Of a stretch of DNA of 63,444 nt, positions 29,745-38,465 are shown piece after piece (within the stretch, counting starts at the first letter, position 1; each line of letters starts with the position of its first letter). Origin of the DNA: Candidatus Avispirillum sp. Lineage in GTDB: Bacteria; Bacillota; Clostridia; Oscillospirales; CAG-272. The position numbers and the translations under genes are program-made. The stretch spans positions 1 to 63,444 of the forward strand of contig JAZORY010000062.1 in assembly GCA_045656825.1 (NCBI GenBank), written 5' to 3'. The notes beneath the pieces were generated by a model. It saw only the letters and a list, made by a program, of their open reading frames with translations. It was not told the origin of the DNA and searched no databases.

Positions 29745-30656
29745 TTATTCAATTTCCGCAAACTGCTTTTTCATACAAAGCAGGTCCTTAGCATTAAATA
29801 CGCCGTCGCAATTGAAATCAAGGTTTTCAAAAGGAGCCTCTTGCGATACCATACCCACCAAAGATGCCTTCAGGACAAAGCAATCACGAGAGTCAACCTT
29901 GCCGTTCAGATCTGCATCGCCGGGGATGTATTTGATCATAGGCAACACCTCGGTTTTGGTTTCAGAGCAATAGAGACATGAATATTTTATTTCCCCCTCT
30001 GACTCAAGCGTAGGAGCAACGATTATCTCTCCCTCATCATAGCTGTGATCGCCATATCCTAATGTTACGGAATCAACTATCTCATAAGCAATAGTCTTTC
30101 CATCGTGAGTGATAAGATCCTTCTTGTTCTCTATTACAAAGGAAATATCCCATTCCTCCATAACGTCCTTTATCTCAAAAGAAACCGTAAATATAGTGCC
30201 GTTGTTATATATATCTTCAACGCCTTTGTTTTCATACAAAAAGCGAACGTAAGGTGATCCGCTGGCAGGAGTTTCATTTGACGTGTACATCGGTTCGTTT
30301 TTCCACACATCGCCATTTTTTATATTTGAAACCTTAAGCGCTTTGCCGTTATAGAACAAACTTAATCTCATCGAATAAACTCCGGGATTGTTTCCATAGA
30401 GAACCTTAACGTTCAAAACGTCTCCATCGCGCTCTCCCTCAACAGAAAAATAAGTTGTTTCAGGATATTCAGCAACGCTCTCGTATTCCTTATAGGAATC
30501 GCCGCAGCTTGTGCAAGTATTCAACACGTGCGCTCTTTCTACACAGGTTGCCTCAACCTCAGTCTTCTCATAGGCGTGATTACAAGCAGCGCTTGATGCA
30601 AAGATCGAGCATAACACAAGTACAATGCTCAAGGCAAAAGAAATAATTTTTTTCAT
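29745..30656 (-). CDS. Secreted cohesin + dockerin protein with two Cys/His repeats
   Basis: Signal peptide; cohesin-like LNVKVLYGNNPGVYSMRLSLFYN..NGTIFTVSFEIK; dockerin GDADLNGKVDSRD..DFNCDGVFNAKD. Confidence 0.8.
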   Translation of the reverse strand: MKKIISFALSIVLVLCSIFASSAACNHAYEKTEVEATCVERAHVLNTCTSCGDSYKEYESVAEYPETTYFSVEGERDGDVLNVKVLYGNNPGVYSMRLSLFYNGKALKVSNIKNGDVWKNEPMYTSNETPASGSPYVRFLYENKGVEDIYNNGTIFTVSFEIKDVMEEWDISFVIENKKDLITHDGKTIAYEIVDSVTLGYGDHSYDEGEIIVAPTLESEGEIKYSCLYCSETKTEVLPMIKYIPGDADLNGKVDSRDCFVLKASLVGMVSQEAPFENLDFNCDGVFNAKDLLCMKKQFAEIE

Positions 30657-30685
30657 AATATAATTCCTTCTTTAGTATATATGCT

Positions 30686-30714
30686 ATTGTAGCTTATTTC
30701 TGCACATAAGTCAA
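30686..30714 (-). promoter_or_regulatory. sigmaA-like promoter of the cohesin-dockerin gene
   Basis: TTGACT-17-TACAAT on minus. Confidence 0.65.
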
Positions 30715-30764
30715 TAGCATAGCACTATCATAGCACTTTATTTGATTAAAATGACGAAATTGAA

Positions 30765-30793
30765 TTGACAATATATAAAGCTCGTGCTATAAT
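30765..30793 (+). promoter_or_regulatory. Perfect sigmaA promoter of asd
   Basis: TTGACA-17-TATAAT with extended TG. Confidence 0.9.
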
Positions 30794-30832
30794 AAAATCT
30801 AAGTTAATTCCACTTTAGAGAGGTAAAGTTTT

Positions 30833-31909
30833 ATGAATAAAGTAAGAGCAGGTATCATTGGCGCAACCGGTATGGTTGGCCAGAGATTTATAACACTTTT
30901 GCAGAACCACCCTTATTTCGAGCTGACAGCTCTTGCTGCAAGTGCAAGAAGCGCCGGCAGACCTTATAAGGAAGCAGTGGACGGCAGATGGAAGATGACA
31001 GAGGAGCTCCCCGCTCACGTTGGCGAAATGGAAGTTCTTGATGCAGCTGATATCGAAAAGGTTGCAGCTCTTGTAGACTTCGTTTTCTGCGCAGTTGATA
31101 TGAAAAAGGAAGACATCAAGGCTCTTGAAGAGGCTTATGCAAAGGCTGAGATTCCCGTTGTTTCCAACAACAGCGCAAACCGCTGGACAAAGGACGTTCC
31201 TATGCTCATTCCCGAAATCAACATCGAGCATCTTGCTCTCATCGACGAGCAGAAGAAGCGCCTTGGCACAAAGAAGGGATTTATCATCGTTAAGCCCAAC
31301 TGCTCAATCCAGAGCTACGTTCCCATGCTCACTCCCCTTCGTAAGTTCGGTATCAAGCAGGTTGTTGTAAGCACATATCAGGCAATCAGCGGCGCAGGCA
31401 AGACATTCAAGGAATGGCCTGAAATGATTGACAACATCATCCCCTATATCGGTGGCGAGGAAGAAAAGAGCGAAAAGGAACCCCTTCGCATCTGGGGTGA
31501 AATGGTTGACGGCGAGGTTGTTCCCTGCTCCGACACTGTTATCACAAGCCAGTGCATCAGAGTTCCCGTTCAGGACGGACATACAGCAACAGTTTTCGTA
31601 AACTTCGAAAACAAGCCCACTAAGGAAGAGATCCTTGAGTGCTGGAAGGAATTTGCAGGCAAGCCTCAGGAGCTTCAGCTTCCCCACGCTCCCGAGCAGT
31701 TCATCACATATTTTGAAGAGGACAATCGTCCCCAGGCGCACACAGACCGCGAAATTTACGGCGGTATGGGCGTAACAGCAGGTCGTCTCCGCGAGGATGC
31801 AATCTTCGACTGGAAGTTTGTTGGTCTCTCCCACAACACTCTCCGCGGCGCTGCAGGTGGCGGTATGCTTTCTGCTGAGCTCCTTTACAGACTCGGCTAT
31901 TTCAACTGA
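30833..31909 (+). CDS. asd: Aspartate-semialdehyde dehydrogenase
   Basis: GATGMVGQRF, KPNCS, QAISGAG, RVPVQDGH, HNTLRGAAGG. Confidence 0.96.
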   Translation: MNKVRAGIIGATGMVGQRFITLLQNHPYFELTALAASARSAGRPYKEAVDGRWKMTEELPAHVGEMEVLDAADIEKVAALVDFVFCAVDMKKEDIKALEEAYAKAEIPVVSNNSANRWTKDVPMLIPEINIEHLALIDEQKKRLGTKKGFIIVKPNCSIQSYVPMLTPLRKFGIKQVVVSTYQAISGAGKTFKEWPEMIDNIIPYIGGEEEKSEKEPLRIWGEMVDGEVVPCSDTVITSQCIRVPVQDGHTATVFVNFENKPTKEEILECWKEFAGKPQELQLPHAPEQFITYFEEDNRPQAHTDREIYGGMGVTAGRLREDAIFDWKFVGLSHNTLRGAAGGGMLSAELLYRLGYFN

Positions 31910-31923
31910 TAAGGTGTCCAAAA

Positions 31924-32226
31924 ATGGCTAAAAAGAACAAGAATAAAAACGAGGCTCCCGAATCCATCGTTGTTCTCAGCGATGAATTTGGCAACGAGGT
32001 TGAATTCCAGGTGCTCGACGTTATCGAGCTGGAGGATACAGACTACGTTGTTCTCCTCCCCTCTGAGCCTGACGAAGAAACCGAAGGCAACGTTGTTATC
32101 CTTCAGGTTGAAACAATCGACGACGACTCAGGCGAGGAAACCTTTATCGGCATTGAGGATGAGGAAACCATCAACGCAGTTTTCGAGATCTTCAAGGCAC
32201 GTCTTGCAGAGGAATTCGGCGAATAA
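31924..32226 (+). CDS. DUF1292-family acidic protein
   Basis: LSDEFGNEVEF..YVVLLP..IEDEETINAVFEIF. Confidence 0.85.
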   Translation: MAKKNKNKNEAPESIVVLSDEFGNEVEFQVLDVIELEDTDYVVLLPSEPDEETEGNVVILQVETIDDDSGEETFIGIEDEETINAVFEIFKARLAEEFGE

Positions 32227-32239
32227 TTAAATACGTATT

Positions 32240-32271
32240 AAAAATCTTGCACAGCGATGTGCAAGATTTTT
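32240..32271 (+). terminator. asd-DUF1292 terminator
   Basis: AAAAATCTTGCACA-GCGA-TGTGCAAGATTTTT. Confidence 0.9.
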
Positions 32272-32277
32272 GTTTTA

Positions 32278-32328
32278 AGCCTTCTCCTAGAGGAGAAGGT
32301 GTCATCGGAGATGACGGATGAGGTGTAA
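32278..32328 (+). repeat. Double-hairpin palindromic repeat (AGCCTTCTCC..GGAGAAGGTG..CGGATGAGGTGTAA)
   Basis: Same frame recurs at 36442-36497 and, inverted, at 36520-36566. Confidence 0.85.
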
Positions 32329-32343
32329 TAATCCTATTTCGAG

Positions 32344-32470
32344 CGGACGACCGCAGGTCGCCCCTACCGTACGTGATATCTCCGTAGGGGAGGATATCCT
32401 CCTCCTGTCGTAATGCAATTATTATTTTTGACTATATTACACATGGAACGTCGTGGGCGCCGTCACCTAC
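32344..32470. repeat. Three GTAG-tagged REP-like palindromes
   Basis: GTAGGGGCGACC..GGTCGTCC (minus, 32344-32367), GTAGGGGAGGA..CCTCC (plus, 32384-32407), GTAGGTGACGGCG..CGACGTTCC (minus, 32445-32470). Confidence 0.75.
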
Positions 32471-32587
32471 CGGTTTGGTGAAGCCCTTCGTTTAGCCAGC
32501 CAAGCCTCCCTTATGCAAGCGGAGACTTAGAATGATACATTATCATTTGGCGGATATTCACCTCAATTCCGATTTCACATACAAAAG

Positions 32588-32612
32588 AAAAGCCGCATTT
32601 CTGCGGCTTTTT
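32588..32612 (-). terminator. ABC operon terminator
   Basis: AAAAGCCGCA-TTTC-TGCGGCTTTT. Confidence 0.85.
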
Positions 32613-32621
32613 GTTTGTTAA

Positions 32622-34814
32622 TTAGTAAACATATTCGTATTTGATTTCAAGATCTTCGCCCTCGTAATATTCAAATAATTCAAAGGAATCACTACCGGGC
32701 ACAAAATCTTCGGGATAGGGGAGGAAAACTGTTATGTTATGATATCTGTAGCCATCGTCTTCCACATCATCATAGTCGGAATATTCAACGCGAGCAATAA
32801 TAAACTTATTTGCTTCAAGCTTTCCTGCCTTTACGCCCTCAGCCAGAGCCTTAAGGTCTGCTACAAGCTCGTCGTCTGCCTCCTGGCCTTTATATTCTTC
32901 ATTATAATGATCGTGCCACATATCCCATACATTAACTTCATCAAATGCATTCATCTGAATATAAATACTCTCGTATTTTTCCTCGGCCGCTCTGAAATCG
33001 GAGAGGATATCATAAAGAGCCTCTATCTCCTCTGCCTCCGCCTTATTTACCTTTTCCATAATAAGAGTAGCAGTTTTGGGAAGGATATTACCATTAAAAT
33101 AGAACTTGAGAATATGGTCATCACCTACAGGGACATAGCTGAATTCAAAGCTATTGCTCTGCTCTCCCCCTGCCAGATAGGTTGCCCAAGTTGCAAAATC
33201 AAGAGAATTGATCTCGGCCTTCATAGTCTCATAGATTTCGTTCATATCACTATCGCTAAGCTCTAAATAATTATGGCAATACATCTCGTAAAGCTCGAAG
33301 GAACGATTAACTGCCTGAGGAATATCAAAGAACACATTCTTATATGCCTCGTTTTCCTGAACGAATGCCATCATATTGCTGTAATCGTCAACAGGGATAT
33401 AGATATTTCTCGTTCTCTTGATTCCCATCTTTGAAACGTAAACTATATGAAGCTCTGTATACTGAACGTATTCTTCTTCCATTTCAGAAGTATAATCGCC
33501 ATAACCATATACATATGAATAGAAGTCGCCCTGCTTGGAATGATCGTTATTCACCTTAAGAGCATCAACTGCGATCTTGATAGCATCCTTATCCTCAATG
33601 CGAATCTGACCTGCCTTTTCAAGAGCATACTGACTGAAGCTCATTTGGCGGTAATATTCGCTTCCGGAATTTTCAATATAGATTGCCTCAACGTCCTCCG
33701 CCTCAGGTGAGTAGGAATGAACATACGCCGCGCATCCGAATGCAACACCAACAATGAGAACGTTCAGCACAACGAGAATTGCAAGTCCGGGGAGAGTTGA
33801 CTTAAGTGTTTTGAAGGTTTTCTGTGTAATGAGCTCGTATGCGAAGTAAATAATAACTGCTACGATATAGAATACAACTGCAATTTCAAATTCAAATCCG
33901 CAAACTGCTGCGCAGGTAACCGTGCCGCTGATAACAAGACCAACGCAAATTCTGATAATATGATGCATCAGCTTGCCGGGTGCGGAATGTCCTGCTGTTT
34001 CGCTCTTTCTGCGAGAGAAGAGATATGCCGCAAGAGCCGCATAAAGAAGTCCGACGATAATAGAATAGATATCACTTGCTATATTACCGGTCAGGGTTTC
34101 GAAGTCGCCCCAGGCGAAAACTCTGTAAACAAGGTTAACGAGCGCATTATAATCTGTGCCGAAGATGCCGAAATGTCCGTCAATAATAGGAGCGATCTCG
34201 CTCATAGCGAAGGTTACGATAGTTATAAGCAGGCGGGGGAGGAAGAGCAGAAGGCCTGCCGCAGTAACGTTTGCAAGAGGTGTGCCCGTCAAGCTCATTG
34301 CAGCGATTATGCCGAAAACAAGCATAAGCACGTATGCAAGGATAGTAAGGAGCGCATCTCCCATGCCTACAAGGTTAACTATGAAGACTCTGGGCATCAG
34401 CGCATAGGTCATGATAGTAGCACCGCAGGTGATAACTGTGATTGCCGCAAGCCAAGTGAGAACGGAGGCTGCGAAGCTGAAGAACATACAGGTGCGCTTA
34501 TAGGGGAGAGAATGATAGAAATCGGAAGCACTTCTTTTATTAAAGGGGCTGAAGAGGATAAATGAGAAAATGGGCGCAGCCACAAGTGCTATAACGAACA
34601 CAAAGCCGCACATTTCCTCAAACTTTACAACCTCGGGAAAGAGGTCCATATAGGGATTGTCAACAATAGCCTCTCGCGCTATAAAATTAACGTATGAAAC
34701 AACGGGAATGGCAACGCCGATAAGGAGAAGGATGGCAAGGAATATAGCGCCAACGATCTTCAGCTGGCGAAGGCCTTCAACGTAAAGTCCGCGTGAAAAC
34801 AGTTTATTTTTCAT
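32622..34814 (-). CDS. Large ABC-2-type permease with an acidic C-terminal soluble domain
   Basis: About 10 TM segments, DFYHSLPYKR and RRKSETAG motifs; follows the ABC ATPase. Confidence 0.8.
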   Translation of the reverse strand: MKNKLFSRGLYVEGLRQLKIVGAIFLAILLLIGVAIPVVSYVNFIAREAIVDNPYMDLFPEVVKFEEMCGFVFVIALVAAPIFSFILFSPFNKRSASDFYHSLPYKRTCMFFSFAASVLTWLAAITVITCGATIMTYALMPRVFIVNLVGMGDALLTILAYVLMLVFGIIAAMSLTGTPLANVTAAGLLLFLPRLLITIVTFAMSEIAPIIDGHFGIFGTDYNALVNLVYRVFAWGDFETLTGNIASDIYSIIVGLLYAALAAYLFSRRKSETAGHSAPGKLMHHIIRICVGLVISGTVTCAAVCGFEFEIAVVFYIVAVIIYFAYELITQKTFKTLKSTLPGLAILVVLNVLIVGVAFGCAAYVHSYSPEAEDVEAIYIENSGSEYYRQMSFSQYALEKAGQIRIEDKDAIKIAVDALKVNNDHSKQGDFYSYVYGYGDYTSEMEEEYVQYTELHIVYVSKMGIKRTRNIYIPVDDYSNMMAFVQENEAYKNVFFDIPQAVNRSFELYEMYCHNYLELSDSDMNEIYETMKAEINSLDFATWATYLAGGEQSNSFEFSYVPVGDDHILKFYFNGNILPKTATLIMEKVNKAEAEEIEALYDILSDFRAAEEKYESIYIQMNAFDEVNVWDMWHDHYNEEYKGQEADDELVADLKALAEGVKAGKLEANKFIIARVEYSDYDDVEDDGYRYHNITVFLPYPEDFVPGSDSFELFEYYEGEDLEIKYEYVY

Positions 34815-34838
34815 TGTTTTTCTTCCTTTCTCCTGAAT

Positions 34839-35744
34839 TTAGTCTAAATTGAAGCTATATCCAAGGGCTTCCATTTCATAGGTGAACACTTCCTCAAGAG
34901 TGAGAGGCAGCACGTCAAGCAAAATGGGATTAAGCGCTGAAAGCTTCATAACAGTTTCGCTGCGATCGCCACGAACGATCATATTGGTTACAGACCCGTG
35001 GCGAACTGAATGTACTATATCGATGCCGTCAAAGATATCGTTTGTATAATCCTCGCGGAATGCGATCTGTATCTTAAACTGTGATGTTTTCAGATTCTGA
35101 ACGTCGCTTTCAAGAACAAGTCCGCCGCGATGGAGAAGCGCAAGCTGATCGCAGGTATCCTCAAGTTCACGGAGAGAATGGGACGTGATGATTGCACTTG
35201 CACCTCTGTCAACCACGTCCTGACAAATCAGCTTTTTAATATAGTTTCTCATAACGGGGTCAAGTCCGTCAAAGGTTTCATCAAAGAAAATGTAATCAGG
35301 CTTTGCGGCAAGAGCGAGAATGGTGATAGCCTGACGTCTCATACCCTTTGAAAAGGTGTTTAGAGTCTTTTTTGTGTCAAGTCCCAAATCGCGCGCAAGC
35401 TCCTTGAAGCGCTCATAGTCAAATCCGGGATATATTGAACGATACATCGTTGCCATTCGCTCCATTGTTGCTCCCGCAAGATAGAAGAGATCATCGGGAA
35501 CGTATGCGATTCTTGATTTGATTGAAGGATTTTCATAGATAGGCTCTCCGTCCATTTCAGCGATGCCGGAATCAGCCTTATAAACGCCTGAGATGGTTCT
35601 GAGAAACGTGGACTTACCCGCGCCGTTAGAGCCTACCATACCGTAGATGCAGCCGTCCTGAATAGTACAGCTGATATTATCAAGAGCGAGAAAATCGCCG
35701 AAGCGTTTGGTTAAGTTTTCAGTTTTGATCATTGATTTCACCAA
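34839..35744 (-). CDS. ABC transporter ATP-binding protein (YtrB-like)
   Basis: GSNGAGKS, FSKGM, FFDETFDGLDP; alternative ATG at 35732. Confidence 0.93.
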   Translation of the reverse strand: MVKSMIKTENLTKRFGDFLALDNISCTIQDGCIYGMVGSNGAGKSTFLRTISGVYKADSGIAEMDGEPIYENPSIKSRIAYVPDDLFYLAGATMERMATMYRSIYPGFDYERFKELARDLGLDTKKTLNTFSKGMRRQAITILALAAKPDYIFFDETFDGLDPVMRNYIKKLICQDVVDRGASAIITSHSLRELEDTCDQLALLHRGGLVLESDVQNLKTSQFKIQIAFREDYTNDIFDGIDIVHSVRHGSVTNMIVRGDRSETVMKLSALNPILLDVLPLTLEEVFTYEMEALGYSFNLD

Positions 35745-35753
35745 TACCTTTCT

Positions 35754-36131
35754 TTAGTCTTGGGGCTGCTGAGAAATTCCCTTCTCAACAGCGGCTTTGA
35801 TTTCCTCCATCGAAACTCCGGAGAGGCAGAGCTCTCGCACAAGCTCGGAAAGCTCAGCAAGCTTCTTTTTTCCTGCATTGTGAATCGCTGCTCCCGCAGT
35901 TTCCGCGATAAAGCATCCCTTTCCGGGAACACTGCGCGCAATTCCTCTTGCATCAAGCTCGGAATAAGCCTTTTGAATTGTGTTGGGGTTTACGGATAGC
36001 TCGATAGAAAGACTGCGAACTGAGGGCAGCTGATCCCCCGCGTTCATAATTCCAAGAGAAACAAGCTTTTCAACCTGCTCTATTATCTGCTCGTAAACCG
36101 GAGTTCTTGACATTCCGTCTATTCGGAACAT
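35754..36131 (-). CDS. GntR-family regulator, YtrA subfamily
   Basis: PVYEQI, LPSVRSL, VNPNTIQKAY, GKGCF; short C-terminal domain. Confidence 0.93.
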   Translation of the reverse strand: MFRIDGMSRTPVYEQIIEQVEKLVSLGIMNAGDQLPSVRSLSIELSVNPNTIQKAYSELDARGIARSVPGKGCFIAETAGAAIHNAGKKKLAELSELVRELCLSGVSMEEIKAAVEKGISQQPQD

Positions 36132-36167
36132 AATTACCTCCTCTTATTGTAATAGAAATATTTCTGT

Positions 36168-36200
36168 TTTAACTGTACTATGTGTCTTAGTACAGTTAAA
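36168..36200. promoter_or_regulatory. YtrA-type operator palindrome
   Basis: TTTAACTGTACTA-N7-TAGTACAGTTAAA over the predicted start site. Confidence 0.85.
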
Positions 36201-36228
36201 GTATAAACTACTTTTTTTCGTTTGTCAA
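36200..36228 (-). promoter_or_regulatory. sigmaA promoter of the gntR-ABC operon
   Basis: TTGACA-17-TATACT. Confidence 0.85.
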
Positions 36229-36255
36229 TAGGTTTGGCGATTTTTTTATGTATGA

Positions 36256-36588
36256 TAAATTATCGTTTAGCTAATTAAGCCTCCCCTTGATTCCCAGTCC
36301 CCAGGAATCTACGATTCCACGGGGCCCCTTGGGGCGGGGAGGTGGCCGAGCCTGCGAGGCCGGAAGGTTAGAAAAAGATGATTGTGTTTACTACCCTTCA
36401 GTCAGCTTCGCTGACAGCTCCCCTAAGCAAGGGGAGCCTTTAGCCTTCTCCAGTGGGAGAAGGTGGCTGAGCGTAAGCGAAGTCGGATGAGGTGTAAAAA
36501 AGCGTTATATTAAGTAACTCCTCATCCACCATTGCGATGGTCCCCCTTCTCCCGCAGGAGAAGGCTAGGGGCTGTAAATTATCGTTTA
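36256..36588. mobile_element. Putative non-autonomous palindromic-repeat cassette bounded by a 14-bp direct repeat
   Basis: TAAATTATCGTTTA at 36256-36269 and 36575-36588; four double-hairpin repeats inside, arranged as two inverted pairs. Confidence 0.6.
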
Positions 36589-36608
36589 TCTCTCTGCATC
36601 GTCCAAGC

Positions 36609-36637
36609 AAAAAAGCCTGCGAATTTCGCAGGCTTTT
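36609..36637 (-). terminator. dnaB terminator
   Basis: AAAAGCCTGCGAA-T-TTCGCAGGCTTTT. Confidence 0.88.
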
Positions 36638-36641
36638 AATA

Positions 36642-37967
36642 TTAAACAGATTCTTCCGACAACGTGGTGAATTTCGTGTACTGACCGAGCCATCCCATCT
36701 GCACTGTTCCCGTTGAACCGTGTCGGTTCTTGGCAACGATAACCTCGGCAACGCTCTGTGCATCAGTTTTGTCCTTATAATATTCATCACGATATAGGAA
36801 CAGAACGATATCCGCGTCCTGCTCGATGGCACCGGAGTCTCTAAGGTCGGACAGCATGGGACGCTTATCCGTTCTGGATTCGGGACCACGGGAAAGCTGC
36901 GCACAGCAGATAACGGGCACGTGGAATTCCTTCGCCATAAGCTTTAAGTTTCTTGAAATCTCAGAAACCATCTGAACTCTGTTGTCTATATGATGCTCAC
37001 TTTCCATAAGACCAAGATAGTCGATAACGACAAGACCGAGATTTTTAACTCGTCTCAGCTTTGCCATCATTCCCGCAACTGTCATACCGGGAGTGTCGTC
37101 TATCAGAATTTCACATTCGGAAAGCTCGGAGGAAGCATGGGCAAGCTTCTCCCAGTCCTCCGCATTCAATTCACCTGAACGAAGGTGATAGCTATCAACA
37201 AGAGCTTCGCTTGAAAGAAGACGCGAAACCAGCTGCTCTGCCGACATTTCAAGAGAGAAAACACAAACCGCCTTCTTTGATCTCTTTGCCGCGTTTACCG
37301 CAACGTTCATTGTGAATGACGTCTTACCCATACCGGGGCGGGCGCCCACAAGCACAAGGTCGGATTTACCCATACCTACAAGCACGCGGTCAAGACCTGA
37401 AAATCCCGTCGACATACCGAGAGTTTCCTCTTTGTTTGTCATCAGGTTCTGCAGATTGTCGTATACTCGGAGCAGAGCATCCTTGATATGTACAAAATTC
37501 TTATTTTCCTTTTGCTCGGCGATAGCATATATTTTGCTTTCCGCCATTTCAATAAGGCGCTGAACGTCGTCCTGCTCCTTATAAGCCGTGTCGGTTATTT
37601 CTTCAGTTGCTCCGATAAGAGAGCGAAGCACGCTTTTATCGCGCACGATCTGCGCATAGTCCTTTGCATTTGCGGCTGTGGGAACAAGATCAACTATTAG
37701 TCTGATATATTCCTTTCCGCCTGCCTCGTCGTAAACGCCCTCTCGAACAAGCTCGTCTATAAGCGTTACAACGTCTATACTTTTTGAGCGGAGAAACATT
37801 CCCTGCATTGCAGAATAGATCCTGCGGTGCTCCTCCAGATAGAAATCATCTGAGGATATCATACCCGTAAGCGTGTCAAGAACAGCAGGATTTATGAGAA
37901 CTGCGCCGAGAACAGATTGCTCTGCTTCAAGCGAAAAGGGCATTCGCCTTTCCAGCTCAACATTCAT
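36642..37967 (-). CDS. dnaB: Replicative DNA helicase
   Basis: AEQSVLG, GARPGMGKT, FSLEM, IDYL, QLSRG, DLRDSGAIEQDAD, KNRHG. Confidence 0.97.
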   Translation of the reverse strand: MNVELERRMPFSLEAEQSVLGAVLINPAVLDTLTGMISSDDFYLEEHRRIYSAMQGMFLRSKSIDVVTLIDELVREGVYDEAGGKEYIRLIVDLVPTAANAKDYAQIVRDKSVLRSLIGATEEITDTAYKEQDDVQRLIEMAESKIYAIAEQKENKNFVHIKDALLRVYDNLQNLMTNKEETLGMSTGFSGLDRVLVGMGKSDLVLVGARPGMGKTSFTMNVAVNAAKRSKKAVCVFSLEMSAEQLVSRLLSSEALVDSYHLRSGELNAEDWEKLAHASSELSECEILIDDTPGMTVAGMMAKLRRVKNLGLVVIDYLGLMESEHHIDNRVQMVSEISRNLKLMAKEFHVPVICCAQLSRGPESRTDKRPMLSDLRDSGAIEQDADIVLFLYRDEYYKDKTDAQSVAEVIVAKNRHGSTGTVQMGWLGQYTKFTTLSEESV

Positions 37968-38001
37968 TTTACATGTCCGTACCTTTCTTTAGCTTGGATA
38001 C

Positions 38002-38445
38002 TTATTCGCAAACAACAAGATTGATCTTGCCGTGGATCTCGGGATAGAGCTTAACGTCAAGCGTGTAAGAGCCAAATGTTTTGATAGCTCCGTCAACTGT
38101 GATCTTTCTGCGGTCAACCTCAAGATTGTGCTGCTTCTTCAGCTCTTCTGCAACGTCGCTTGTTGTGATACTGCCGTAGAGTCTGCCGTCAGCACCTGCG
38201 GACGCCTTGATCTTAACTGTTACAGCCTCAAGCTTTCCTGCAAGCTCTCTTGCAGCTGCCTTATCCTGCTCGATCTTGAAGAGACGAGCATCTTCCTTGT
38301 TTTTTGCATCGGACATAGCCTTTGCATCTGCTTCAACTGCAAGCTTCTTAGGGAAAAGGAAGTTTCTTGCATATCCGTCAGAAACGTTGATGATCTGATC
38401 CTTCTTGCCCTTGCCCTTTACGTCTGCTAAAAGTAATACCTTCAT
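38002..38445 (-). CDS. rplI: 50S ribosomal protein L9
   Basis: [28 protein letters not shown]. Confidence 0.97.
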   Translation of the reverse strand: MKVLLLADVKGKGKKDQIINVSDGYARNFLFPKKLAVEADAKAMSDAKNKEDARLFKIEQDKAAARELAGKLEAVTVKIKASAGADGRLYGSITTSDVAEELKKQHNLEVDRRKITVDGAIKTFGSYTLDVKLYPEIHGKINLVVCE

Positions 38446-38465
38446 TTTATATACCTCTTTTTAAC

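Noticed and set aside
30718-30740. CIRCE/HrcA operator suggested by TAGCACT
   Set aside because: The copies are direct repeats, not TTAGCACTC-N9-GAGTGCTAA, and no chaperone genes are adjacent.
36287-36904. ORFs 36287-36490 (+) and 36440-36904 (-)
   Set aside because: They run through GC-rich palindromes or out of frame within dnaB; not credible proteins.
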